Assembly: GCA_009914755.4 (NCBI GenBank)
Contig: CP086569.2
Coordinates: forward strand, 8,576,001 to 8,640,000
Length of the DNA stretch: 64,000 nt
Direction: 5' to 3'
DNA from: the human T2T-CHM13v2.0 reference genome, Homo sapiens
Shown here in pieces: positions 1 to 12,062 of the stretch. Under the pieces are notes generated by a model. It saw nothing but the letters and a program-made list of their open reading frames with translations, searched no databases and was not told the origin of the DNA. The translations under genes and the position numbers were made by a program. Position 1 is the first letter of the stretch. Each line of letters begins with the position of its first letter.

Positions 1-783
1 GTATGAGCGACATTACAGCTTCACTCTATTAATTCTTTTGGGACATACAATAAATCATTATTAAATGTACTCATCCTGTGCTACTGAACACTAGATCTTA
101 TTCCTTCTAAGTAACTATAATTTAACCCAACCCCATCCCCTCTTTGATCCCTTCCTTACCAGTACACATTGCTTGTATCAAAATATCACATGTATGCCAA
201 AAATACCTACAACTGTTATGTACAAATTTTTTAAATAAGTAAAATATCAATAAAATGATATCTCCAACAAGGTGATAAAATAGGAGGCCCTATTTTGTTC
301 CTCCATCCACAAATGCAAAAAATAAGCCACACTGACATCAATTCCCTGTGAGATAAACTCAGAAATTAGTTGAGATACTCTTCCACATAGGATTATGAAA
401 ATATTCACTTAAAAAGAGGTAAGATAAACTGAATCATGATCTTGTTCTAGAGTTTATCTCTGACACATTGCCCTAGAATCCATAGGGAACTGTTATTTCA
501 CAGCTTCTCTCAGAGGACTGAAGTATTAATCCACATATGTAATGCCCCACTTGTTAACAGCTTCTTCTCAATGAAATGATTCCTCATTCGCCTGTTTCTG
601 GATTCTAACATAGATTGACATTCATAACTCTCCTAGGACCTCCAAGATAAAAGAGGTATTTAAATAGACATTCAAGCACTTCTGAAACTGTTTCCTCCTG
701 GTTTACAGGATCTGAAGCAGTCAAGAAAGCTCAGCTCCCACTTTGTGTCTTGAAGAACTTAGATTGTACATCTAACACCTTGA

Positions 784-1091
784 CTTTTTTTTTTCCTTTT
801 TCCTTTTGAGATGGCGTCTTGCTGTGTCACCCAGGCTGGAGTGCAATGGCACGATCTTGGCTCACTGCAACCTCTTGCCTCCCAGGCTCAAGTGATTCCT
901 CTGCTTTAGCCTCCCAAATAGCTGGGATTACAGGTGGCCATCACCATGCCAGGCTAACTTTTGTATATTTTAGTAGAGACAAGTTTTCACCATGTTGGTC
1001 AGGCTGGTCTCAAACTCCTGACCGCAGGTGATCCACCTGCCTTGGCCTCCCAAAATGCTGGGATTACAGGCATGAGCCACCGCACCCAGCC
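784..1091 (-). mobile_element. Alu SINE (full length, antisense orientation)
   Basis: Reverse-complement Alu consensus: poly-T head at 784-794, body 'gagatggcgtcttgctgtgtcacccaggctggagtgcaatgg...', and it ends '...gagccaccgcacccagcc'. The '+' ORFs at 819-1170 are the usual Alu pseudo-ORFs. Confidence 0.93.
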
Positions 1092-2061
1092 ATGTCTTGA
1101 CTTTTATAGCTTCTGCCCAAGTATCTTGCTTGTAATTCTCCTTACTTTTGAATCTCTCAAGGTCCTCTGAGAGCAGGCACGAAGGCATTTCTTATCAGTC
1201 TTCATCATCACTCACTCTAGCAATATACTCAGCTTCTAAATTTTCCTTCCAAGAAGTCAGAGTACCCAGCTATTGTCCTGACTTCTCAGGTTGCTGCCTA
1301 AGAGTTTGAATACTAATTTGCCAATCTCTGGAAGCTAATGAATCCCAGTTTTTTGTAATCTCAAGATTCTAAAGAGGAAAAAGAATTGTTTTATGAAAAC
1401 TCTGCATGATCTTTAAACTTCCCTATCGATATAGTTTGGATATTTGTCCCTCCAAGCCTTAGGTTGAAATGTGGTCTTCCACACTGTAAATGGCACCTAG
1501 TGTGAGCTGTTTGTTTGTGTCATGGGGATGGATGCCTCATAAATGGCTTGGTGACCTCGCCATGGTTTAATAAGTGAGTTTTCTGCTCTATTAGTTCCCA
1601 CAATGCAGCTTACATCCAAGTAAGTTGTTGAAAAGAGCCTGATACCTTCTCCCCTTCTCTCTCTTTCTGTCTCCACATGTGACATGCCTTATTTCCTTTT
1701 ACCTTCTGTCTTGAGTGGAAGCCTCATGAGGCTCTCATCAAATACAGATGCTGGCACCTCACAACTTTTACAGCCTGCAGAACCAGGAACCAATGGAAGA
1801 TCTTTTCTTTATAAATTTTCCAGTCTCATATTCTTTTATAGGAACACAGACTAAGACATGTATCTCTGGCTGCTTACTTGCCTATATCAGTAAGCAGTGG
1901 AGATCAGCATTTACTATCTCCTGAGTTCCATAGAGGACAAAGAGGTGGTTTTCAATGGTCCTGTGAGTGCTTCCTTATATCCAACCCTTGGCTTGCTCTA
2001 GCTTTCAGCTTCTCCGTGAAAGCACCCCAACCTTTTAAACTCCTCCCTTAGGACAAGTATT

Positions 2062-2108
2062 TTGTTGTTGTTTTTGTTTGTATTTATTTGTTTGTTTGTT
2101 TGTTTCTT
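2062..2108. repeat. (GTTT)n microsatellite abutting the Alu tail
   Basis: The tract 'gttgttgtttttgtttgtatttatttgtttgtttgtttgttt' sits directly 5' of the Alu. Confidence 0.8.
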
Positions 2109-2403
2109 GAGATGGAGTTTCACCCTGTCACCCAGGTCGGAGTGTAGTGACGTGATCTCAGCTCACTTCAACCTCCACCTCCTGGGTTTAAGAGATACTC
2201 CTGCCTCAACCTTCTGAGTAGTAGCTGGGACAACAGGCACATGGCACCAGGCCTGGCTAATTTTTGTTTTGTTTTGTATGTTTAGTAGAGAGGGGATTTC
2301 ACCTTGTTAGCCAGGATGGTCTTGACCTCCTGACCTCATGATATGCCTGCTTCGGCCTCCCAAAATGCTGGGGTTACAGGTCTGCGCTACTGTGCTCAGC
2401 CTG
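2106..2403 (-). mobile_element. Alu SINE (antisense)
   Basis: Starts 'ttgagatggagtttcaccctgtcacccaggtcggagtgtagtg' and ends 'cccaaaatgctggggttacaggtctgcgctactgtgctcagcctgg'. Confidence 0.92.
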
Positions 2404-3694
2404 GACCAGACTTAACTTGCCTGTTTCTAGGGTCTGATGCGACAGAACAGGCATTCTGTGACTCTGCTAATTCCCACCGTCTCTGCAAAAAACCTCAACT
2501 CACAACTATCCTTAGATACGGACACCTGAGTGAATGATTCTATAGCTTGGGATTGGATCTCTGACACATTTTTTTAACTGTAGAACTGAGAATAGCCACA
2601 CAGATAGGATAAAAGAACAGTTTTAATTTGATGCTTTTTCTCCTCCCCAAGCCAGCACAATGTTGCATACAAAAAATTCCCCTGAACTCACAGTTTCTTC
2701 ACAGAGGAGAGAGTTGAAGATGTACATTCTGTCCTTTCTTTTCCATTTTGCAATTCGTCACATGAAGTTCTCTCTAGTCTTACCCTGTGGGAAACAGTGG
2801 GGGTATCAGACAATGGCGGTCAATTAGAAACAAAGTACATGGGTGGGGCTCACAGTGACCATAACAGTAATCTTATTCATGGCTTTGCATTCCAGCCAGC
2901 AGAGTTGCACCATCAGAAAAACTAGGCAACAGCATCATTCTGCAGCAACCAACCATGGTTGATGGGTCTGCCAGGCTCAAATCACTGGCCAACTGACAAA
3001 TCCCACCCTGGTTTTCTCTGCAAAACTTCCAAGGCTGTGACAAAGAGGCAGCTTGGTGATTATCCACGGAAGGGTCATGTGACCCCACCCATTCCCAGCT
3101 GCCATACTTTTGACCATCCTAGCCCTGTATTCTCCACCCATCCCCAGGCTGAAAAGCAGAGGCAATTTAGTGGTTGAGGATGAATTTTCTGGCCCTACCT
3201 GGACCCAGTGGGCAAGTAGCTTATATAATAAGTCTTGGTACCCCTAGAAGGAAGTTCACTTCTGATATATCTAATGGAAATCACTGGGGCATTAGAATCT
3301 GTAGAGCACATGACTTTATTGAGAAACAGATAATCCCATGCTCAGCTCCAGCCCTTCCCACTGCTGTTGGGAAGCAACTACCCTGCTGGGAAAAGTGCCT
3401 GTCTGAGCTGATGAATGCAGTCTATCCAGGCTCTGTCCAGCAGAAAATGGATCTAGACTCTCCAGGCTTTGTCTCCTATAGGGATGACCCACTCTCAGCT
3501 CTGGCCCTTCCACTTTAGTCAGGGAACTCTATAATCCTTGAGAAACTTTCTGGGCAATGTGCAACTTTCTTAGGAGAGACCAGGATTTAAATGATCTGTT
3601 CAACAGCAGATGTCAAGGGATCTGGTTGTCAGCCCCAGGCCCTCTTGCTGCAGGCACAAAATTAGCCCATCTGTGCAGAGACCTTCCAGAATCA

Positions 3695-3733
3695 TTAGTA
3701 ATAAATAACCTACAAGCCAAAAAAAAAAAAAAA
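3695..3733 (+). other. 3' end of an unidentified retroposed element (AATAAA signal plus A15 tail)
   Basis: The sequence 'agtaataaataacctacaagcc' is followed by 15 consecutive A. I did not recognise the upstream sequence as a known family. Confidence 0.3.
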
Positions 3734-4097
3734 CACCCAGGAACCGACAGATTCCAGATGAATTCTACCAGATCTACAAAGAGCTGCATCATATTCCATT
3801 GTAAGAGTGATCCCAGTTTTTTCAACCGGTGTGCTTACACACACTCACTCAAAAAAAGCACACACCTATGTTTCATGTTTTCTCAAAAAGCTGCAGTGGA
3901 AATGCCAAGCTGGCCTCTGGTGTCTTCCAAAGGATCAGTGGGGAAGGACCCATTCCTTTGCTTGCCTTACATTGTCGCCAGCAGCCTTGTCCTCAATGGC
4001 AGTTGTTCAGTGGTTTCTTACGGCTCTCTAGAGAACCTGCAATTATATTTATTTATATGGTTTACAATATATTCTTAGCCTTTATCTCTAAACATGA

Positions 4098-4250
4098 GGC
4101 TGGGTACAATGGCTCAAGTCTGTAATTTCAGTACTTTGAGAGGCTGATGTTGGAGGATCCTCTGAGCCCAAAAGTCTGAGACTACAGTGATCTGTGATTC
4201 AGCCTGGTAACAGAGCAAGACCCTGCCTCTAAGTAAATAAATAATAAAAA
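4098..4250 (+). mobile_element. Alu-derived fragment (monomer-like or internally deleted)
   Basis: The left arm 'ggctgggtacaatggctcaagtctgtaatttcagtactttgagaggctga' joins straight onto an Alu 3' end '...gcctggtaacagagcaagaccctgcctctaagtaaataaat'. Confidence 0.75.
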
Positions 4251-4857
4251 TACAACTGATAGTAATATTTTTGTTTTACAGTTTTGGAAACACAAATTTC
4301 CTTGATCAGATAAATGAATACTTGATAGTCACTAACACAGCACATTTGCTTGTGTATGGGAACCAGTGCAGGAAAGCAGTAGGATTGGATGCTCTTTCCC
4401 CTTGATCTCTGAACATGTATATACTGTGATAATAAAGAGTGAATTTGGATCAGGGAGTCTTTCTGCCAGAGCCATCAAAACTGTGGAAATAAAACCCTCC
4501 ACAAGTCAGGAAACAAAACAGTCTTTACTGGTAATAGTAACTATAAAATCTTTTGCAGATTTCATTTCATTTTTAATTTAGTGTAAATTAGGCAGCATAA
4601 CACAGACTACCCTGCTGCTAGTAGTATGCAATTTAATGACAAAAGTCAATTAGACTTGGTTGTTTAAAACTACAGAAATCTTAATTAACATCATAGTTAC
4701 ATGAGTAATTTTGAAAATATAAACCAGCTTATTTTAAACTTTCAGTTAGTCCACTAGATACCGAAATATTATTTGAAACACATTTCAAAATTCATGTGGA
4801 TAATGGGCAAAATGACAAGCTTTTATTTTTATTAATTTCCTTTTGGTTTTATGCCTT

Positions 4858-5108
4858 TCATTCTCTCTTTTCTCCCTTTCCTCCCTTCCTTCTTTCCTTC
4901 CTTCCTTCCTTCCTTCCTCTCTCTCCCTTCCTTCTCTCCCTCCCTCCCTCTCTCTTTCTCTCTTCCTGCCTTCCTTCCTGCCTGCCTGCCTGCTCACCCT
5001 CCCTCCCTCCTTCCTTCCCTCCCTCCCTCCTTCTCTTCCTTTCTTCCTCCCTTCCTTCTTTCTTTTTTTCCTCTATCTCTGTTTCTCTCTTTGATTTTTT
5101 TTTTTTTA
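4858..5108. repeat. (TTCC)n/(CTCC)n polypyrimidine microsatellite, about 250 bp
   Basis: Continuous 'ttccttccttcc...ccctccctcc...' run. It is the source of the low-complexity S/L/P-rich and E/R/K-rich ORFs at 4785-5215. Confidence 0.95.
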
Positions 5109-5393
5109 GGCAAAACCTTGCTCTGTCACCTAGGCTGGAGTGCAGCAGCATGATCTCATCTCACTGTAACCTCCCCATCCTGGGTTCAAGCAGTTCTCCA
5201 GTCATACCCTCCTGAGTACCTGCAACTGCAGGCATATGACACCGATCCTGGCTTTTTTTTTTAAATTGTATTCTTAGTAGAGACCAGGTTTTACAATGTT
5301 TGCTCAGGCTGGACTCGAACTTCTGTCCTCAAGTGATCCACCCACCTTAGCCCCTCAAAATGCTGGGATTCCCAGCATGAGCCAAAATGCCCA
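5098..5393 (-). mobile_element. Alu SINE (antisense)
   Basis: Poly-T head, then 'aggcaaaaccttgctctgtcacctaggctggagtgcagc...', ending '...ctcaaaatgctgggattcccagcatgagcc'. Confidence 0.9.
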
Positions 5394-5461
5394 CCAAGTG
5401 TTACGCATTTCTCTCCTCACTCATCTCTCTTATCTCATTTTTTATTTTATTTTATTTTTAT

Positions 5462-5743
5462 TTCTTAGACAGAGTCTCGCTCTGGTGCCAAGTCTGGAGT
5501 GCAGTGGTGTGATCTCTTCACTGCAAACCCTGTCCCCAGGGTTCAGTGGACTCTCCTGCATCAGCCTCCCAAGTAGCTGGGATTGTATCCATGGGCCACC
5601 ACACCCAGCTAGCTTTGGTATGATATTAGACATGGGATTTTGCTGTGTTGGCCAAGCTTGTCTCAAACTCCTGAGATCAAGAGATCACTCACCTTGGCCT
5701 GCCAAACTGCTAGGAGTGCAGGTGTGAGCCTCCATGCCCTGCC
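5462..5743 (-). mobile_element. Alu SINE (antisense), in tandem with the Alu at 5098-5393
   Basis: Body 'agacagagtctcgctctggtgccaagtctggagtgcagtggtgtgatc...', ending '...tgctaggagtgcaggtgtgagcctccatgccctgcc'. A (TTTTA)n tract at 5440-5465 precedes it. Confidence 0.9.
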
Positions 5744-8700
5744 TCATATCTCTTTTAAAGCTCAGTTGATTAGCAATATTGTCTTCCTGGAATGCTTTAT
5801 GTTTACAAAACAGCTATAGCACTATTATTTAGCCTCTTTGGATAAAGTATGGTAACACACACAACATATGTACATATGCACAGACACAGTCAGTGATCAA
5901 AAAAATCATTGTAGGCCAGGACCTAAAATGAAAGATGAGTTGCTGCAGTTGGCTAGTATTAAAGCAGACCAGATTTGACCCGTACCCAGCCAAGAGATGT
6001 GAACAGAGGCTTTCAAAAAACTCCATCATATACATGTTAGATTATTCTCCAGCCATATAGCAAGGGGACATTAAAGATCTGTTTGTGTTTAGAAGAGCCT
6101 GGATGGTTTGACTTTTCCAGGGTATTAGCATTCGTGACATTGGCCTTTAAAGCTCTCTGCAATTACTCAAATCAGTAGACAACTCAGTTTTTCTAGGAGT
6201 CTAAAGTGCTTTTCAAAATTATCTAAAACTTAATGGCTTAAAACAATAATTATAATTTACTAACTTCAGTCTTTGCAAACTTCCAGTCCCTCAGCCAAGT
6301 GATTGTGGTTCAGGGGCACTCAGAAGGATGCAATCTAGTGATGGCTGAGGACTGGGACATTGTTAGGTATCTTCTCATCTCCCTGGTGCCATGGCTAGCA
6401 TGACTCAAATAGCGGGGGCTGTACTGCTGAGATCCTTGGGCATCTCCTTCTATTTCTATGAGTCTCTCCATGGGATGTCCCTTCTGCATAGTGTTATTAG
6501 GGTGTTCGACTTCATGATGTACTGGTCCAGGGCTCCTGGGGGGTTTGTCCTCATGAAAGCAGGAGACTTAGGCAGAGCTGTGTCACCTTTTCTAACCTAG
6601 GCCAGGGGTGGCCCAGTATCCAGAAAATGCTTGCACTGTTTTCTATTCATTAGAAGCAAGTACTGTGTTCAGTCCCATCAGGAATATTTTCAAATGGGTT
6701 TGCAAAGAATTTCAGTGTTTTAGACCACTACAGTGGCCATGACTAATAATTACTTATTTTTATAAGTGCTGGATGGGTTTTACCCAACATAATAGCAGAT
6801 ACAGACTTTTAAGCTTAAAACCTAAATGTCATAGCTCCGAACATTTGGTTATATGTTGAAATAACTCTCAAGGAAAAATTGATTTAGAAATGAGAACTAT
6901 AAATAAATAAATGAGATAAACTCATAAATATCTGGATGAAATGCTTACAAAGAGGTCAGCCTGAAAAATGTCATGAAGTCTAATGTGCCACTATTTTACT
7001 ATTTCTATGGATATTATTTGGACAGGAGGACAAGGACTCAGGGGTCTGCTGGTCAGTCTCTGCACCTTGAAACAGCGGCTGGGGAACCAGGAGTAACACT
7101 TCCAGCCAACACCATGTGGTGAGGATGAGGAGTCCACCCAGGTTAAGGAGGATGTCAGCCAAATGTGACCTGAAGGAGAGTACACCTGGTATGACCAGGA
7201 TCAAGGTCTCTGGCACACATTGAAATCCCCCATGCCCAGCTGTGGCAGAGTGAATCACTCAGCTGGTGCTGGGTTTCCAGGTGTGTTCAGGAAGCAGCTC
7301 CCTGGGCTGGGAAGGATCCCCTCATTCCCTTGCCATGTGGGAGGGTGAGGCTTGTGGCCCCTGCTCTGTCTGTTCCCGCTCTTTACCTTCCCATTATCCC
7401 ACAGCTGGGTAAGGTGGCAGGACCCTGGAATGTAGAAGGGCCCTGGGTTGTTGACAGTGTCTGCGGGTGGCCATGTACTAGGAGGAGAGTCCTCACTGAG
7501 CCTCCCGTGAGCTTGGAGGCAGAGAAGGAACAGTCATGGGGCACTGGCTGTTCCAGAGTCCAGGGGCCTGTCCCAGAGAAGGCCAGGGGGACATTGTAAG
7601 CCTGTGGATCTGCAATCTAGGTGGAAGAGCTGTATCTGCCATGGCTGACATCATCAGGACAAGACACCCACTGGGTGGAGAGCTGGGCTTATGCATTTTA
7701 TCCCTGTCCTGAAGAGACTCTGCATGCCTGGCTCTCCTGGGAACAGTGATCCTGCGGACCCCTCTCTAGGACCACTCATGACCATAAGCTTAGGATCTTG
7801 TGTGCCTTGCTTCCAATCCACCCAGGTGACACATCCTGGAGAGGATATGTGAGGTGAAGCTCATGTGCGCACATGCTGCACTGGAACGGGGTGTCACCAG
7901 CCAGTTAGGCCACTGCTCACCAGGCCCTCTCCTGAGCTCCCACCTGGCTAAATGATAAGTGTCCCATCTACATGACCCCGCAGCCCAGGTTTCTCCTCCA
8001 CTTACCGACCCGCACCCTCCTGGGGAGAATGCCAGCCTCCTTGAGACTCAGGCCCTGCCGGACCCACATGCTGTCCTCTCTCATGGGCTGGACATGCTCT
8101 GGTGCATAGGGATTCCTGAATAGCAAATCCCAAAGCTCCACGGGTTCAATTGCTTCTTCTCTGAATACCTGCCTTCCCCGACCAAACACACAGGAAGACA
8201 CATACAGCTGCTAGGTTTTATTTCCCTCCAGGTGTCATTTCAGGTCCATGACATCTCCTCTAGGTAGCTTGCATCTGCCACCCATTTCCTCCTACCTCTG
8301 CCATTTGTGAAAACTATGAGGACTCTTCCCATCTCCCAAGAGTTCAGACTTCATGGGTCCTGAAGTTGGATTGCCAAACCTGGCAGTGCCCTGCTTGCCA
8401 GCTCAAGAGCTGAGTTTGAGGCACACCTCTGGCAGGAGTGTGGGCCCCCCTAAACCAAGGTACACAGTGGTACACAGCCACAGGTGTGCACACACAGGCA
8501 CAGCTCAGACACGCAGGCTGGAACATCTCCACACTCACACTGGTACGATTGAAACTGGCTGTCTACACCAATACTAAAGTGGACCTTAATGCTCAGCCAC
8601 ATTCCTTCACTACACACACACAGAAGGTCCCCTGTCATTTAATTGATCATCTATAAAGGGATTTATTTTTACTTTTATACTTTTTTAACTTACCAAAGTA

Positions 8701-11638
8701 TGTTGCATTCTTTCCCCCATCATGAAAAAGACTTTGATACAAGTAAGGAGGAAGAGCACTTTTTATAATAAAATGCTGTATCTGCATCTATATTAAGGCA
8801 TTTTACAAACTTTATGTCTATTTTTTAATGTCACAGGAGATGTCTCAGGGGCCGGGGAAGCATGAGTGAGGATGGCAGAGGGGAGAAAGCATGTCAGGGG
8901 AGGCTGGGGTCATTGAAACAAAACATGACACGACTGGGATAGCCATTCTAGAAGTATGTAGACCTAGGCGTGCCTCATGTGCACCTCTCTGTGGAGGGTA
9001 AAAGGGCCCTAGTGGAGGCCAAACTGAGCCCCAGGTGGTAGCAGGTATCAAGGCGCTGAAGGGAGCCAGGGAAGGATCATGTGGCCACTATCCATTGAGA
9101 TTGCTTCTCACCCATTGACCTTCGCCACTTCTGCCTCTTAGGTGGCTTCGGGTGCCCCAGTTCTGAAATATGAGTGTTACATTTCCCTGATGGGTTCTTC
9201 TCCCCCAGCCCAGGGATGGCCTGGGATTTCTCAGGGCAGGCTCCTCCCTGAGCTTTGAGTTCTCCATGTGTGTCCCAGCTCCAGGACCCACAGGGCTCTG
9301 AACCCCCTGCCCTGGGCTGCTTACCTGGCCTCCTCTCTGTTCCCTCTCTGAGGGCCTAACTCCTTCCAGTAGTGCTGCAGGGGATTGAGACAGAGGCCCT
9401 GAATGATAATTGGGGGGACTGGGGAATGGGGTCCATGACTGCTCAGGTCATGGTTCAAAGCCAGTTCCCCAGATGCCAAGGAAAGACCAGCAATGTCCTT
9501 TAATATGACACCCCTCAGCGGCACCCACCTCAGCAATCCTGACTGACTTTGAGTGATCACGGTCAGCCAACCAGCTGAAGAAGCTCAGTTAGGCTGTGTC
9601 CTGCCTGAAGCTGGGGGCTTCTGCTACATGACTCTAGAACCACTGGGCTACGTCATGCCAGACATCCTGTATCCTGGAGCAAGAGGAGTTGGGAAGGCTC
9701 ATGCCAGGCATAGCCTCCCACACTCCACCCCCGCTGCCATGCCAATAGGCACTCCTTACAGAGGATGCCAACCTGATACTCCTTAATGATCACTTCATTG
9801 CAGAAATAAAGGTTGTGACAAAAGGAAAACTTTGTCCTGCCGCCAGTACCCTGGATGGCTGTTTCTTCACCTGCCAGTCCAAGAAGAAGAGAACAGACTC
9901 AAAGGGATCATTTCATCTTGCTAGGCTGAGGGCCTGCTAGCTAGGATGAAGCATGCATTTCCCCTTCCCAGCTCTCCCACTGAGACACTCCTGGACCCCA
10001 GGAGGGCCTCAACCTGACCAGGACCCTCCATCCCTCCCCCAGACCCAGGTACCCCAGACTGATCTGCAAATCCATCATGTAGCTTACTTGGCAGGACTTC
10101 CTCATGGTTTCTGAACCCTGCCAATATCTGGGTGTGTGCACAATCTGCCTCTGTTCAAGGAGCCTCCAAATGATTGGATGGGTGTGCCAGGAAACATCCT
10201 GCAACTTTGCAAGAGCTGGGAGACTGTTGGGCAGGGCTATCCCCCAGACCTTTGACCTGGCACTCTGCATTGGTGGTCCTGTCTCTGTCCAGCGTGGGGG
10301 CACTGTAGCAGATGTGGTGGTCTTGTGGGCGGGTAGAGGGAGGCCCAGAAAGCTTCTGCCAACAAGGAGCGGGGGAGCACAAGTAGGCAAGGGATTGGGT
10401 ATGGGGTGCTGTGGTGTAAGGCAGCTGTTTCTTCAGATTTCCTGAGCTGAGCGGCACATAGGTGCTAGACAGGCTCTGCTGAGGGTGTCAAGGTGTGTGG
10501 TCCCCTCTTCTCCTGGTCTCCCTGAGGGGTGGGTGTGTCCACTTGAGGGAACTTGTGTGGGTAGAAGGGACTGCAAGGCTGTGCCTGTCACTCCTTATGG
10601 GGCTTGTGTGTGTGCAGTGGAGGAGTGTGTGCAACAGAGGTTATATGTGCTCAGGTCCTACAGCTCTTTGGGTGCAGCAGAGGCAGAGGAAAGAAAGCCT
10701 GTCTGGGTAGCTGGTGTTTGCCTTGCAGAGGACAGCAGCCCCCTGCATCGTGAACCTGAGTCTTGAGCAACTTGTGATTCTGGTGTGAGGCCTCTGGACA
10801 CACACACGGGGAGTAGGTGTCGTTCCATGGCTGGCATGGGCATGCAGACTCCCCTTCCTTCAAGGACTTTCCCAGGGAAACCTGCCCTTCAACTTGCTGC
10901 TATGCCTGAAGGGTCCTTGGCACCACTATTCTCTCTTGTGAGTGCTGAGCTTGGCTCCCAGTCCCTGTCACATGCTCTCAGGGTACCCACAAGCAAGCTG
11001 TCTTACTATCTGCTGGAGCCTAGCCTCAGCTCCCCTCGCTGTCCCCCATTCCCTGCCTCCTGGCTGACTCTGTGTGCCTCTGTCCTGGTTCCCGTGCTCC
11101 CCACCCCCAGAAGCCTGATGCCAACCCACTGCTGCCAATCATCCCAAATGGGCAGCTGCAAGGATATGCTCTGGCCCAGAAGCCAGAGATGCCCTGGCTG
11201 ATGGCACCTGTTCTGTCCAGGCTGGGCAGGCGCCTCTGCCAAAGCTTCTGCCTCAGCCTCAGGCAGGCCATGAGGCCTGGGCCATTCACAGAGCCCAGCT
11301 CTGAGTGAAGGACCTCCAGCGAGTCTGCTGCTGGCTGGCGAGTCCTGGGGCCAGGGCCAGGGCCAGGGCCAGGCTGTGTCCACCTGTCCTCTACCTGCAG
11401 CTCCATGTTGGCCTTCTCTTTGACCAACACCTGGACCACCGCCATGATGTCATCCATCACCAGCACCTTCTCCTCCCACGAGGGCACCTCCACACTCTGT
11501 GCCCTGGCTGGCCTCTCCTGCAGAGCCTCCAAATTCAACGGGGTGCCTCCTTTGGAGGTCCCACTGACTACGACCTGTACTTTCCCCTCCACATCCAGAT
11601 ATGTGTATCCTTAAAATATACATAAAACAATAACTTAA

Positions 11639-12062
11639 AGGCATTCCCATTTCTCCACATCCTCTCCAACATCTGTTGTTTCCTGACTTTTTAATGGTCG
11701 CCATTCTAACTGGCATGAGATGGTATCTCATCGTGGTTGCAGGGCCATTGATGAAGCTGAAAACCATCATACTAAGCAAACTACCACAAGGGCAGAAAAC
11801 CAAACACCGCATGTTCTCTCTCATAAGTGGGAGTTGAACAATGAGAACACATGGACACAGGGCTGGGAACATCACACATCCGGCCCAGTTTGGGAGTGGG
11901 GGCCTGGGGGAGGGATAGCATTAGCAGAAATACCTAATGTAAATGATGAGTTGATGGGTGCAGCAAACCAACATGTGACATGTATCCCTATGTAGCAAAC
12001 ATGCACGTTCTGCACATGTGCCCTAGAACTTAAAGTATAATTAAAAAAGGAAAAAAAAACTC
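11639..12062 (+). mobile_element. LINE-1 3'-end fragment with internal inversion (twin-priming structure)
   Basis: 11639-11748 is the reverse complement of L1 ORF2 ('aaccacgatgagataccatctcatgccagttagaatggcgaccattaaaaagtcaggaaacaacag...'). 11749-12062 is sense L1 ('...gatgaagctgaaaaccatcatactaagcaaactaccacaagg...catgtgacatgtatccctatgtagcaaacatgcacgttctgcacatgtgccctagaacttaaagtataat') ending in a poly-A. Confidence 0.85.

Noticed and set aside
819-1170. Short ORFs (about 70 aa) with '[17 protein letters not shown]'-like peptides recurring at many places (for example 2343, 5296, 34310, 38557, 43116, 52362, 55571)
   Set aside because: These are the stereotyped pseudo-ORFs produced by Alu elements in either orientation. 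They recur because the Alus recur.
4785-5215. Several overlapping 83-139 aa ORFs rich in S/L/P/F, or in E/R/K on the other strand (the same at 47165-47596)
   Set aside because: This is translation of the (TTCC)n/(CTCC)n microsatellite and the adjoining antisense Alu. It is low complexity and differs in length between the paralogs.
11026-11592. 188-aa minus-strand ORF ('MEGKVQVVVSGTSKGGTPLNLEAL...VMDDIMAVVQVLVKEKANMELQ...') considered as a possible processed pseudogene or small gene
   Set aside because: I could not match it to any protein I know. There is no poly-A or TSD signature. The copy B paralog carries frameshifts and a different (GGCCAG)n count. The GC-rich composition inflates ORF length on both strands. 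I keep it only as a low-interest finding.
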